In this document: piece by piece, positions 19,745 through 29,675 of the stretch
How the letters are laid out: every line of letters begins with the position of its first letter
Numbering within the stretch: position 1 is the first letter of the stretch
Assembly: GCA_964479005.1 (NCBI GenBank)
Contig: CAYZJA010000002.1
Coordinates: 96,001-160,000, forward strand
Direction of reading: 5' to 3'
From: an uncultured Candidatus Saccharibacteria bacterium
GTDB lineage: Bacteria > Patescibacteriota > Minisyncoccia > UBA6257
Length of the DNA: 64,000 bases
Notes under the pieces: generated by a model
Databases searched by the model: none
The model's input: the letters and a program-made list of their open reading frames with translations, nothing else
What the model was told of the DNA's origin: nothing
Translations under genes and position numbers: made by a program

Positions 19745-20005
19745 ATGCTTACTGCAAAACAAAAAGAAAAAGTTATTGAAGAATTTGCTACTCATAAAAA
19801 AGATACTGGATCTCCTGAAGTGCAGATTGCTTTATTAACCAAAGAAATAAAATTATTAAGCAAGCATTTAAAAAAACATCCCAAAGATTATCATTCAAGG
19901 AGGGGTCTTTTAGGCATGGTTTCTGATAGAAGAAGGCTTCTTTCTTATTTAAAAAAAGTATCGCTTCGTCGTTATAACAAAACGATGAAGAAACTTGGTC
20001 TCTAA
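19745..20005 (+). CDS. rpsO: 30S ribosomal protein S15
   Basis: 86 aa. [46 protein letters not shown] is the canonical S15 sequence. Confidence 0.95.
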   Translation: MLTAKQKEKVIEEFATHKKDTGSPEVQIALLTKEIKLLSKHLKKHPKDYHSRRGLLGMVSDRRRLLSYLKKVSLRRYNKTMKKLGL

Positions 20006-20582
20006 TTTATTTATGCTTATAAGACACAAAAATCAACGAATAGTAGTTTTGATAGATGTTCAAAATCTTTATCATTCTGCGAAGAATCTTTACGGCGCCA
20101 GAGTAAATTTTAAGAATCTTCTTTTAGAAGCAACAGCTGGTCGCCAATTAATTAGGGCAATTGCATATGCTACTAAAGCTGATGAGCCTGGCGAGGCTTC
20201 TTTTTTTGATGCTTTGGAAAAGGCTGGAATAGAAGTTCAATTAAAGGATCTACAAGTTTATCCTGATGGAACAAAAAAGGGAGATTGGGATGTAGGCTTG
20301 GCAGTAGATGCTATCAGATTATGTGTTAATGTTGACGTGTTAGTTTTAGTGAGTGGAGATGGGGATTTTATTCCTCTGGTAGAATATCTAAAAGCATTAG
20401 GAAAGCAGGTTGAACTTATGGGATTTGGAAAAACTTCTTCCTTTCGCTTGAAGGAATTAGTTGATGAATTTACAGATTTAGATTCCCGCCCAGATTATTT
20501 TCTCTTTAAATCTCAAAAACAAGGTTTTGCGAAAAAATTACCCAATATTATTAAAAGTAGGTTTAAAAGGCATCATAAATAA
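19995..20582 (+). CDS. NYN-domain (LabA-like) predicted ribonuclease
   Basis: [12 protein letters not shown]...[13 protein letters not shown]...[13 protein letters not shown] has the PIN-like acidic residues. Overlaps the rpsO stop by 11 bp. Confidence 0.7.
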   Translation: MVSNLFMLIRHKNQRIVVLIDVQNLYHSAKNLYGARVNFKNLLLEATAGRQLIRAIAYATKADEPGEASFFDALEKAGIEVQLKDLQVYPDGTKKGDWDVGLAVDAIRLCVNVDVLVLVSGDGDFIPLVEYLKALGKQVELMGFGKTSSFRLKELVDEFTDLDSRPDYFLFKSQKQGFAKKLPNIIKSRFKRHHK

Positions 20583-20612
20583 AATAAATAAAACAGAATT
20601 AAAATAATACAA

Positions 20613-22730
20613 ATGGAAAAAAAAGAATATCAATTAAAAATCGGAGATAAAATTATAAGTGTAGAGTTTTCTAATCTTGCCGAACAATCCAATGGCTCAG
20701 TAATAGTAAGGATGGGGGATACTGTGGTATTAGCTTCTGCAGTGATGGGTAAAGCAGATAGAATGGATTTAGACTACTTTCCTTTAATGGTTAATTATGA
20801 AGAAAAATATTATGCTGCTGGTAAAATTTACGGCAGTCGTTTTCTTAGAAGAGAATCTCGACCATCAGACAGCGCGATTTTGACTAGCCGTCTTATAGAC
20901 AGAACCATTAGACCTCTTTTCCCCGCTAATATGAGAAGGGATGTTCAGATCGTAATTACTTGTTTGTCAATTGATGAGGAGAATGATCCTGATATATTAG
21001 GAATTATTGCTGCTTCATTAGCTTTAGACACTTCTAATATTCCATGGCAAGGACCAATTGCGGCAGTTAGAATTAATTGGTCAGAAAAAACAGGATTTAT
21101 TATTAATCCAACTTACAAGCAAAGAGAAGAAGCTTCTTTGAATATGGTAGTTTCAGGTCCTGATAATGTAATAAATATGTTAGAAGCAGAATCTAAAGAA
21201 GTTCCAGAAGACATTGTGAAAGAGGCTATAAAGATAGCTCAGAAGGAAATTCAGAATCTTAATAAAGAATTAAGTAGCATTATTATTAAAGAGGGCTCTC
21301 CTAAACAGGACATCATTTTAAAAGAATATGATAAAAATATTAAAGAAGAAGTAAGAAACTTTTTAAAAAATAAATTAGAATCTGCTATTTATGTTGTAGA
21401 TAAGAATGAAAGAGAGAATAATCTATTCCTTTTAAAAGAAGAATTGATAGAGCATCTGAAAAATAAAGATTACGCAGAGGAGAGTTTGATTGATGCTAAA
21501 TCTATTTTAGAGGAGGAGATTGATGAAGTTGTGCATAAAAATATTTTAGAAAAAGAGAAAAGGCCTGATTTACGGAAATTAGATGAAATTAGGTCTTTGG
21601 AAGTGGCTATTGATATTTTGCCGCGGCCTCATGGTTCAGCTTTATTTATGAGAGGTAAAACTCACGTTTTGTCAGTTGTTACTTTAGGGGCCCCAAGCGA
21701 TGTTTTGCTTTTGCAGGGAATGGAAATTTCAGGTGAAAAAAGATTTTTGCATCATTATAATTTTCCAGCTTATTCATCAGGGGAGATAGCGCCTTTAAGA
21801 GGCCCTGGTAGGAGAGAAATTGGACACGGCGCTTTAGGCGAAAAGGCTATTTTACCAATGATTCCTTCACAAGAAGAATTTCCTTATACAATTCGAGTAG
21901 TCTCAGAAATTTTATCTTCAAATGGCTCTACTTCTATGGCAGCTACTTGCGCCTCATCATTAGCTTTAATGGCGAGTGGAGTTCCAATTAAAGAGCATAT
22001 TGCTGGGATTGCTATGGGTTTGATAATGGATAAAAATAATCAATATAAAATTTTAACTGATATTCAAGGGTTTGAAGATCATTATGGAGATATGGATTTT
22101 AAAGCAGCTGGAACCAAGGATGGAATAACGGTTTTGCAAATAGATGTGAAAATAAAAGGTGTAGGATCAAAAATTTTGGAAGAAATTTTAGATAAAGCTA
22201 AAGATGCAAGACTTTTTATTTTAGAAAAGATGAATAAAGTTATTTCTGAATCAAGAAAAGATCTTTCTCCTTTTGCTCCAAGAATATTTATTTTAAAAAT
22301 AAAACAAGAACAAATTGGTAACCTCATTGGTCCTGGCGGCAAGATTATAAATAAGATTATTGAGGATACTGGCGCTGCTATTGATATTAATGATGATGGC
22401 ACTGTTTTTGTGACAGCTTCTGATGAGGAAAAAGCCCAATCAGCAATTTCCAGAATTAAAGAAGTAACCAAAGAATTTTTAACAGGCGAATTGGTGCAAG
22501 GGACTGTGTCAGAAATTAGGGATTTTGGGGCTATTATAAATTTAGGCGGTCGCAAAGAAGGACTTCTTCATATTTCAGAATTAGCTTCCCGTCATGTAGC
22601 TAAGGTGGAAGATGTTGTTCATGTAGGCGATACTTTAAAACTAAAGATTAAGAAAGTGGAGCCAAACGGCAAGATCTCTCTTTCCTTGAAAGACGCTTCT
22701 GACAAAAATGATAAAAGTAAATTTTCTTGA
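20613..22730 (+). CDS. pnp: Polynucleotide phosphorylase
   Basis: Two RNase PH-like domains plus KH (IGNLIGPGGKIINKI) and S1 domains. 705 aa. Confidence 0.95.
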   Translation: MEKKEYQLKIGDKIISVEFSNLAEQSNGSVIVRMGDTVVLASAVMGKADRMDLDYFPLMVNYEEKYYAAGKIYGSRFLRRESRPSDSAILTSRLIDRTIRPLFPANMRRDVQIVITCLSIDEENDPDILGIIAASLALDTSNIPWQGPIAAVRINWSEKTGFIINPTYKQREEASLNMVVSGPDNVINMLEAESKEVPEDIVKEAIKIAQKEIQNLNKELSSIIIKEGSPKQDIILKEYDKNIKEEVRNFLKNKLESAIYVVDKNERENNLFLLKEELIEHLKNKDYAEESLIDAKSILEEEIDEVVHKNILEKEKRPDLRKLDEIRSLEVAIDILPRPHGSALFMRGKTHVLSVVTLGAPSDVLLLQGMEISGEKRFLHHYNFPAYSSGEIAPLRGPGRREIGHGALGEKAILPMIPSQEEFPYTIRVVSEILSSNGSTSMAATCASSLALMASGVPIKEHIAGIAMGLIMDKNNQYKILTDIQGFEDHYGDMDFKAAGTKDGITVLQIDVKIKGVGSKILEEILDKAKDARLFILEKMNKVISESRKDLSPFAPRIFILKIKQEQIGNLIGPGGKIINKIIEDTGAAIDINDDGTVFVTASDEEKAQSAISRIKEVTKEFLTGELVQGTVSEIRDFGAIINLGGRKEGLLHISELASRHVAKVEDVVHVGDTLKLKIKKVEPNGKISLSLKDASDKNDKSKFS

Positions 22731-22794
22731 CATTTATTTTTATGGTATAATATAAATAAATATGAGCAAGCTTAAACTTTAATTTTTTAAAAAC

Positions 22795-23949
22795 ATGCCA
22801 GAAAATTTTTCTTTACCTTCTAATGTTTCTAATGAAGATTCTGGAGCAACTCCAGAACAATCTTCTGGGCAAGTTCCTGAACAAGAGGAACCAGAACAAA
22901 AATTTTCTCCTCCACCTTCAAATGTTTTTATAAGAACATCGCAGTCAGACTTAGAAAAAATTAAATCTGAAGGAGGAGCAATTTCAGGAATGCCGCCTCC
23001 ACCTCCTCCTCCACCATCGTCTCTTCCTGTCACTCCTACTCCTGTTTCTTCTATGGAACAAGAACCCAGTATGCAAGATAAGCAAGCAGAGCCTAGTATG
23101 CAGCCAGAACCAGCTTTTTCTGAGTCAGAGCCTTCTTTTGCACCAGAAGCGCCAGTTGGAATGTCTGAGTTTCCAACTACTGAGGAAGAACCTCCACAGA
23201 AAAATAAATTATTGCCCTTTATCATTATAGGTGTATTAATCGTGGCAGTAGCTGCATTAGGATATTTTTATCTTTGGCCTAAGTTTTTTGAAGCTAAACC
23301 CGCTGTTACTACTACGACAACTACAACTACAAGCACAACAACTACAACTCTAGCTGCTTCACCATATCCTCAAATCAGTGGTCCGTTTCAAAAATCCCTT
23401 TTTAATATAGAAATTAGCGGTTCAGATGTTGTCAAGGCTATAAAAGATTCAGCCACTTCTGAAATGGCTGCTCCTGGAACTTTCAAAATTCTTATTCCTA
23501 AAGTACACAATGATGCTCTTACAAACGAAGAAGTAGTTCTCTCTCTTATTCCGCAATTACCAACAAGATTAAAGCCTTATATGTTGGCTCGTAAATACTT
23601 AGTTTATTCTTACTATGGAGCAGTTAATCCATCGCTTGGTTTAATTATTGATATTGGAGAAGAAAGTAAAGAGGAAGTGAAATCTATTTTCTTAGCTTGG
23701 GAAAAAAGACTAGGAATTTTGAATGATTTGAAAGATTTTTTTCTTGTAAGTATTCCTAAGAAAACTGCCAATGATTTTAAAGAAACTACTAATGCAGGCG
23801 CAGAAATTCGTTACTTTACTTATTCTGGGGAAGAAGCAGCAATTACTTATGCTTTTTCTGATACATATCTTATAATGAGTTCATCTTTAGAATCAGTGAA
23901 TAGCGCTATTTCTCATCTTCAAGGTATAACCGAACCAATCTATCCATAA
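22795..23949 (+). CDS. Hypothetical membrane-anchored protein with Pro-rich and poly-Thr low-complexity tracts
   Basis: PPPPPPPPPSS and TTTTTTTTSTTTTT runs, with a central TM helix LLPFIIIGVLIVAVAALGYFYLW. The antisense ORF 22779-23225 is judged spurious. Confidence 0.45.
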   Translation: MPENFSLPSNVSNEDSGATPEQSSGQVPEQEEPEQKFSPPPSNVFIRTSQSDLEKIKSEGGAISGMPPPPPPPPSSLPVTPTPVSSMEQEPSMQDKQAEPSMQPEPAFSESEPSFAPEAPVGMSEFPTTEEEPPQKNKLLPFIIIGVLIVAVAALGYFYLWPKFFEAKPAVTTTTTTTTSTTTTTLAASPYPQISGPFQKSLFNIEISGSDVVKAIKDSATSEMAAPGTFKILIPKVHNDALTNEEVVLSLIPQLPTRLKPYMLARKYLVYSYYGAVNPSLGLIIDIGEESKEEVKSIFLAWEKRLGILNDLKDFFLVSIPKKTANDFKETTNAGAEIRYFTYSGEEAAITYAFSDTYLIMSSSLESVNSAISHLQGITEPIYP

Positions 23950-24033
23950 GAACCTGCTTCGCAGAACCTTGTTTCTCACTTTGTTCGAAATAAAATTGAT
24001 TTTTAGTTAAGTTTAATATAAGATAGTATTGCT

Positions 24034-25842
24034 ATGAATAAATTAGCTAAGTCTTTTTTAATAGTGTTTCTCCTTTTTTTGGCTCTTTCTTTGATTTTTT
24101 CTGCTATAGGGGACACGTCTTTAGAAACAAAAAAAGTAAGTTTTTCTGAAGCGATTGAATCTTTAAGAGAACAAGAAATAACAAAAGTCGTAATTCACCC
24201 TAGCCGCATTAATATTTTTCTTGAGGATGATACTGTTTTAGTTACAGAAAGGGAAATAAATGTTTCTTTTCCAGAAACTCTTCAAAGCTTTGGCTTTTCT
24301 CCAGAAGAAATATCTTCTTTAAATATAGAGATTGAGGGTGATGGCGCGTCAGCTATCTTCTTTACTATAATATTACCGATACTTATCCCGATTCTTTTAA
24401 TAGGGTTTTTGTTGTTTTATACTCTTCGTCGTGCTAATCAGGGAGCAATGCAGATTTTTTCTTTTTCTCGTTCTAATATTAAATTATTTTCTCCTTCTAA
24501 AGACAGAATTACTTTTAAAGATGTGGCTGGTCTGAAAGAGCCTAAAGAAGAATTAAAAGAAGTTGTTGAGTTTTTAAAAACCCCAAAGAAATTTCATGAT
24601 TTAGGAGCTAAAATTCCTCGCGGAGTTCTTTTGATGGGGCCTCCTGGTTCAGGGAAAACATTATTAGCCCGAGCAGTAGCAGGAGAAGCAAAAGTGCCCT
24701 TTTTTCATATTTCTGGGTCAGAATTTGTAGAAATGTTTGTTGGAGTAGGAGCTAGTCGTGTGAGAGATACTTTTGCTACAGCTAAAAAAGCAGCTCCTTC
24801 AATTTTGTTTATTGATGAGATTGATGCTATTGGCAGGGTAAGAGGCGCTGGTATTGGTGGAGGTCATGATGAAAGAGAACAAACCCTGAATCAGATTTTA
24901 GTTGAAATGGATGGTTTTGACAGGGATACTAAGACTATAGTGATTGCCGCGACAAACAGGCCAGATGTTTTAGATCCAGCTTTATTGAGGCCAGGACGTT
25001 TTGATAGACGAGTAATTTTAGATTTGCCTAGTATTAATGATAGGGAAAAGATATTAGAAATTCATGTTCAAGGTAAAATCATAGCCCCATTAGTTAATTT
25101 AAGGGAGGTAGCAGAACGAACTCCGGGTTTTTCTGGCGCTGATTTAGCTAATTTAACAAATGAAGCCGCTATTTTGGCAGCCAGAAGAAATCAAAAAGAT
25201 ATTACCCAGAAGGAATTATTAGATTCTATAGAAAAGGTTATTTTAGGTCCAGAGAGAAAAAGTAGAGTTTTGACAAAGAAAGAAAAAGAAATTACTGCTT
25301 ATCATGAAGCTGGCCATGCTTTAATATCCGCTTTATTTCCTAATACAGCTCGCGTAAGAAAAATTTCTATTATAACGCGAGGAAGAGCAGCTGGTTATAC
25401 AATGCGAATGCCAACTGAAGAAAAATATATGAAAACCAGCTCGGAATTTCTAGATGATTTGTCTGTTCTTTTAGGAGGATATGTAGCTGAGGAGATTAAA
25501 TTTAAGGATATATCAACTGGCGCTGCCAATGATTTAAAAGAGGCGACAAATATAGCCAGAGCATTAGTAACAAAATATGGTATGAGTAAGAAAATCGGAC
25601 CAATTTCTTTTGGGAAAACAGAAGAACTAGTGTTTTTAGGCAAAGAAATTGCTACAGAAAGAGAATATTCTGAAGAAACAGCAGCTAAAATAGACAAAGA
25701 AGTAGTTGGTATTCTTAAAAAGTGCTATAATCGCACCAAGAAATTACTTAAGAAAAACAAAGACAAGCTAGAACGAATTACCAAAGAATTGATTAAAAAA
25801 GAAACTTTGGAAAAAGAAGAATTTGAAAAATTGGTAAAATAA
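24034..25842 (+). CDS. ftsH: ATP-dependent zinc metalloprotease FtsH
   Basis: N-terminal TMs, AAA Walker [19 protein letters not shown], and HEAGHAL zinc motif. Confidence 0.95.
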   Translation: MNKLAKSFLIVFLLFLALSLIFSAIGDTSLETKKVSFSEAIESLREQEITKVVIHPSRINIFLEDDTVLVTEREINVSFPETLQSFGFSPEEISSLNIEIEGDGASAIFFTIILPILIPILLIGFLLFYTLRRANQGAMQIFSFSRSNIKLFSPSKDRITFKDVAGLKEPKEELKEVVEFLKTPKKFHDLGAKIPRGVLLMGPPGSGKTLLARAVAGEAKVPFFHISGSEFVEMFVGVGASRVRDTFATAKKAAPSILFIDEIDAIGRVRGAGIGGGHDEREQTLNQILVEMDGFDRDTKTIVIAATNRPDVLDPALLRPGRFDRRVILDLPSINDREKILEIHVQGKIIAPLVNLREVAERTPGFSGADLANLTNEAAILAARRNQKDITQKELLDSIEKVILGPERKSRVLTKKEKEITAYHEAGHALISALFPNTARVRKISIITRGRAAGYTMRMPTEEKYMKTSSEFLDDLSVLLGGYVAEEIKFKDISTGAANDLKEATNIARALVTKYGMSKKIGPISFGKTEELVFLGKEIATEREYSEETAAKIDKEVVGILKKCYNRTKKLLKKNKDKLERITKELIKKETLEKEEFEKLVK

Positions 25843-25856
25843 AAACTTTTAAAAAT

Positions 25857-25931
25857 GCGCACGTAGCTCAGTGGTAGAGCGCCGCCCTTATAAGACGGTG
25901 GTCGCAGGTTCGATCCCTGCCGTGCGCACCA
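25857..25931 (+). tRNA. tRNA-Ile (anticodon UAU, putative), CCA encoded
   Basis: Acceptor GCGCACG/CGTGCGC, anticodon stem CCGCC/GACGG (one C-A mismatch) with loop CTTATAA, T-loop GGTTCGATCC. Confidence 0.6.
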
Positions 25932-25933
25932 AG

Positions 25934-26007
25934 GGGTGATTAGCTCAGTGGTTTAGAGTGCTTCGTTGACATCGAAGAGGTCGCTGGTTCAATTCCAGCA
26001 TCACCCA
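25934..26007 (+). tRNA. tRNA-Val (anticodon GAC)
   Basis: Acceptor GGGTGAT/ATCACCC, anticodon stem CTTCG/CGAAG with loop TTGACAT, T-loop GGTTCAATTCC. Confidence 0.8.
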
Positions 26008-26013
26008 CAAAAT

Positions 26014-26036
26014 CGCCTAATATTTAGGCGTTTTTT
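26014..26036 (+). terminator. Rho-independent terminator (CGCCTAA-TATT-TAGGCG + T6)
   Basis: Hairpin plus T-run immediately after the tRNA pair. Confidence 0.55.
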
Positions 26037-26076
26037 ATTTGTTAGTAATATCTGCTTTTGTTATAATTAAAATACC

Positions 26077-27267
26077 ATGAAGATTTTTTATGCTTTGGAG
26101 ATTTTTTTACCTCATATTTCTGGTGTAACAATTTCTACAGAGAGATTAGCTGATTATTTTAGCCAGAATAAAAAAAACAAGGTTTATATAATTACCGCTT
26201 CACCTGATGGGGATTTTCAAATTGATTCAGATTCCCATAATTATACTATTATACGAATTAAATCCCATGCAAATCCTATAAGAAAGAAACTGAAAGTCAG
26301 TTATTTAGCTTCATTGCATATTAGAAAAATATTAGATGAATTTAAGCCCGATATTATTCATATTCAGGATCCTTTTTTTATTTCCCAGTCTTTGGCCTTT
26401 GAAGCGAAAAAAAGGAAGATTCCTGTTATTGCCACACAGCATTCTTCTTTAAAATTTCCTTTGTCTTATTTAAAATTGCCTAAATTTTTACAAAAGACAA
26501 CAGAAAAAACAATGGCAAAAGTTTTAGCGGCTTTTATTAACAATTATTGTAAGATTTTAATTACGCCGAGTGAATTTATTAAGAAGCAAGTCATTAAATG
26601 GGAAATAAATATTCCAGTGGAAGTTGTTTCCAACGGAGTCAATCTTGGTACTTTTATTAAAAGTCGGATTTCCGAGGAATTTTTAAAAAAATATAAGATT
26701 GAAGATTTTATTTCCAAACCCATTGTTCTTTATAGCGGGCGCATTGATAAAGATAAAAATTTAGAGACTCTTATCAAAGCGATTCCATTGGTTTTAAAAG
26801 AAGTTGATGTTAATTTTCTTTTTTTAGGGGGCGGTGATTTGAAAGAAGAGCTGATTTGCCAGTTGGCGCATAAAGACTATTCTTTTAAAGAAAACGTGTG
26901 TTTTTTAGGACCTATTAAGCCTCAAGATTCAGATTTGACGAAATTTTATCGCTTAGCCACTCTTTTTGTAATGCCATCTCCAATTGAAGCTCAAAGTTTG
27001 GCGACAATGGAAGCAATGGCCTCTGGTCTGCCTGTTGTTGCTGCTAAAAAAGGCGCTTTGCCAGAATTAGTGAAAAATAGAGAAAATGGATTTTTAGTAG
27101 AAACGTTTAATCCAAAAGAATACGCTGAAGCGATTATAGAAATTATTAAAAACAAAAATTTAAGGAAAAAATTAGGAAAAAAGAGCTTAGAATTAGTTGT
27201 TTCCCATGATTTTGAAAAAACTTTTCAAAAAATAAAGAAAATTTATGCCAAAAATTATAAAAGTTAA
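26077..27267 (+). CDS. Glycosyltransferase, GT4 family
   Basis: GT-B fold with the C-terminal E..G.P motif (EAMASGLPVVAAKKGALPELV). Confidence 0.75.
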   Translation: MKIFYALEIFLPHISGVTISTERLADYFSQNKKNKVYIITASPDGDFQIDSDSHNYTIIRIKSHANPIRKKLKVSYLASLHIRKILDEFKPDIIHIQDPFFISQSLAFEAKKRKIPVIATQHSSLKFPLSYLKLPKFLQKTTEKTMAKVLAAFINNYCKILITPSEFIKKQVIKWEINIPVEVVSNGVNLGTFIKSRISEEFLKKYKIEDFISKPIVLYSGRIDKDKNLETLIKAIPLVLKEVDVNFLFLGGGDLKEELICQLAHKDYSFKENVCFLGPIKPQDSDLTKFYRLATLFVMPSPIEAQSLATMEAMASGLPVVAAKKGALPELVKNRENGFLVETFNPKEYAEAIIEIIKNKNLRKKLGKKSLELVVSHDFEKTFQKIKKIYAKNYKS

Positions 27268-28225
27268 AGAGCTTTCCAAGCCTATTCGTTTAGATAAATA
27301 TTTAAAGGAGAAAATAAAGGATATTTCTCGTGAAAAGATTATTCATTGTATTAAAAAAGGGAAAATAAAGATTGAAGGTAGAACTAAAACTAAGCCGAGT
27401 TTTATTTTAAAAGGGAAAGAAAAGATTTTATTAGAAATTTCTGATTTTCTAAGCTCAACTAAAAAGTTATCTTTAATAAAACCTCAGTCTGTTTTTCCTG
27501 AACCAAAAATTTTGTATGAGGATAAAGATTTATTAATTATTGATAAGCCCGCAGGAATAATAGTTCATCCGACTGTTAATAATATCAATAATCCGTCAAT
27601 TGCGAGTTGGTTTTTACAAAAAAATCCTTCTGTTTTTAATGTAGGCGAAAATTCATTAAGACCGGGTATTGTGCATCGTTTGGATAAAGAAACATCAGGC
27701 ACGCTTATTCTTGCTAAAAATAATTTTATATTTAATTATTTTAAAAATCTTTTCAAAACAAGAAAAATAAAAAAGAAATATATTGCATTAGTAAAAGGGG
27801 AGATTAAAAGGCAACAAGGAATAATAGATCTGCCCTTAATACGTTCCAAAAAATCACCAATAAAAAGGAAAGTTGTGGTTAAGAAAGATAAAGGGAAAAT
27901 GACTTTAACAAAATATAAGGTTCTAAAGCCATATAAAGGGTATACGCTTCTGGAGATTTTCCCTCAAACTGGTCGTACGCATCAAATAAGAGTGCACTTG
28001 GCAAGTATTGGTTTTCCTGTGGTTGGCGATAAGGTGTATGGCAAGCTGAAAAAATTAAATAAATTAAATTTATCCCGCCATTTTCTTCATGCCCAAACAG
28101 TTTCTTTTATTTTGCCTTCTGGAAAATTGATTAAAACAGAAGCACCTTTACCAGAGGATTTAAAGAAAATACTGCAGCAATTAGAACCTAAAATTGACGA
28201 AAGCCATTTATCTGTGTTAAGGTAA
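27245..28225 (+). CDS. RluA-family 23S rRNA pseudouridine synthase with S4 domain
   Basis: HRLDKETSGTLILAKN catalytic motif and an N-terminal S4-like domain. Confidence 0.85.
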   Translation: MPKIIKVKELSKPIRLDKYLKEKIKDISREKIIHCIKKGKIKIEGRTKTKPSFILKGKEKILLEISDFLSSTKKLSLIKPQSVFPEPKILYEDKDLLIIDKPAGIIVHPTVNNINNPSIASWFLQKNPSVFNVGENSLRPGIVHRLDKETSGTLILAKNNFIFNYFKNLFKTRKIKKKYIALVKGEIKRQQGIIDLPLIRSKKSPIKRKVVVKKDKGKMTLTKYKVLKPYKGYTLLEIFPQTGRTHQIRVHLASIGFPVVGDKVYGKLKKLNKLNLSRHFLHAQTVSFILPSGKLIKTEAPLPEDLKKILQQLEPKIDESHLSVLR

Positions 28226-28250
28226 TAGCAATAGATTAAAATTATTAAAT

Positions 28251-28574
28251 ATGACTGAAATAAAAGCAGAAGAAATAAAACCTGGAATGTACATTAAGAT
28301 TTCTAAGAGCATTAAAGATGGGGATAAAGAAAAAACGCAGCATATAGAAGGGTTAGTAATAGCAAGAAAGCATGGCAAAGAACCAGGCGCCACTATTACT
28401 ATAAGAAGAATAATGGATGGAATAGGCGTGGAATGGATATTACCTGTTTTTTCTCCAAAAATAAAGAAGATTGAATTAGTTAGAGCTGCTCGAGTAAGGA
28501 GGGCAAAATTGTATTTTCTTAGAGATAAATCTCAGAAACAGATTCGCGCTAAATTGAAAAAAGAGGTCAAGTAA
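28251..28574 (+). CDS. rplS: 50S ribosomal protein L19
   Basis: IEGLVIARKHG...ITIRRI..GIGVEWILPVFSP.IKKIELVR..RVRRAKLYFLR matches the L19 consensus. Confidence 0.9.
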   Translation: MTEIKAEEIKPGMYIKISKSIKDGDKEKTQHIEGLVIARKHGKEPGATITIRRIMDGIGVEWILPVFSPKIKKIELVRAARVRRAKLYFLRDKSQKQIRAKLKKEVK

Positions 28575-28584
28575 TATTTTGTTT

Positions 28585-28667
28585 GCGCGGGTGGTGGAAT
28601 GGTAGACACGCATCTTCGAGGGGGATGTGTCCGCAAGGACGTGGAGGTTCGAGTCCTCTCCCGCGCA
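28585..28667 (+). tRNA. tRNA-Leu (anticodon GAG, probable), type II
   Basis: Acceptor GCGCGGG/CCCGCGC, discriminator A (Leu-like), long variable arm, anticodon stem CATCT/GGATG with loop TCGAGGG. Position 33 appears to be C. Confidence 0.6.
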
Positions 28668-28676
28668 CATAAAAAT

Positions 28677-29675
28677 ATGTTTTTTTCAGAATCTAATCAG
28701 ACTATTAAAGCGGTAAAAACAGCTACACCTTCAGTGGTAGCTGTTTTAATGTCTAAAGAATTGTCAAAAATTAAAAAAGATATAGGAGCAGATACAGCAA
28801 GATATTTAGTTGATGAAAAAGGTATGGTTAAAATTGGCGGATGTTCAGGTTTTTTTGTTTCCTCTAATGGCTATATTTTAACAAATCGTCATATAGTCGA
28901 AGATGAAGAAGCTTCTTATACTGTAGTTTGGCAAAACAAAATTTATTCATGCCAGATTTTGGTTAGAGATAAAATAACTGATATTGCTGTGTTGAAAATT
29001 GATGGCAATAATTTTCCTTATCTGAAATTTGCCAATTCTTCAGAATTAAAATTAGGGCAGACTGTTATGGCTATTGGCAATGCCTTAGGTGAATTTCAAA
29101 ATACTGTTTCCCGTGGGATTATTTCAGGGCTTTCACGAGACATAAAAACAGAAATTGGAGAAGATATTCAAGAATTTTTTGGTTTGATTCAAACAGACGC
29201 GGCCATTAATCCTGGAAATTCTGGCGGGCCTTTAATCAATCTTTCAGGAAAAGTTATAGGCATTTGCACAGCAGTGGTTTTAGGTGTGGAAAATATTGGT
29301 TTTGCTATTCCTGTTAATCAAGCTAAAAGTATTTTGGAGGATGTAAAAAAACATGGGAAGTTATGCCGTCCCAGTTTGGGGGTGAGATATTTTTTGATTG
29401 ATGAAGAGATGCAAAAACTTCATCATTTTTCTTTTGATTATGGCGCTTTTATTATTTATGAGACAATTCCCGGACGAGGTGGAATAGTTTCTGGAGGAGC
29501 AGCAGAAAAGACCGGGTTAAAAGAGGGTGATATTATATTGGAAATTAATAATGAAAAAATAACCAAACAATTTAATTTATCTCGAATTTTAGCGCAATAT
29601 AAAATTGGCGATGTAATTAGAATTATTTATTGGAGTAAACAAGAGAAAAAAGAAATTCAGGTTAAGTTACTCTAA
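28677..29675 (+). CDS. Trypsin-like serine protease (HtrA/DegP family) with C-terminal PDZ domain
   Basis: GNSGGPLINLSGKVIGI catalytic Ser motif and an LTNRHIV His region. Start moved to the MFFSES Met because the listed ORF start (28599) lies inside the tRNA-Leu gene. Confidence 0.8.
   Translation: MFFSESNQTIKAVKTATPSVVAVLMSKELSKIKKDIGADTARYLVDEKGMVKIGGCSGFFVSSNGYILTNRHIVEDEEASYTVVWQNKIYSCQILVRDKITDIAVLKIDGNNFPYLKFANSSELKLGQTVMAIGNALGEFQNTVSRGIISGLSRDIKTEIGEDIQEFFGLIQTDAAINPGNSGGPLINLSGKVIGICTAVVLGVENIGFAIPVNQAKSILEDVKKHGKLCRPSLGVRYFLIDEEMQKLHHFSFDYGAFIIYETIPGRGGIVSGGAAEKTGLKEGDIILEINNEKITKQFNLSRILAQYKIGDVIRIIYWSKQEKKEIQVKLL

Noticed and set aside
22779-23225. 148-aa minus-strand ORF rich in Gly/Ser/Cys
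   Set aside because: It is the antisense reading of the Pro/Thr-rich low-complexity region of the 22795-23949 gene, with no independent support.
28599-28676. N-terminal 26 codons of the listed HtrA-like ORF (MVDTHLRGGCVRKDVEVRVL...)
   Set aside because: These codons are the tRNA-Leu gene read as protein. The real start is the downstream Met (MFFSES) at 28677.
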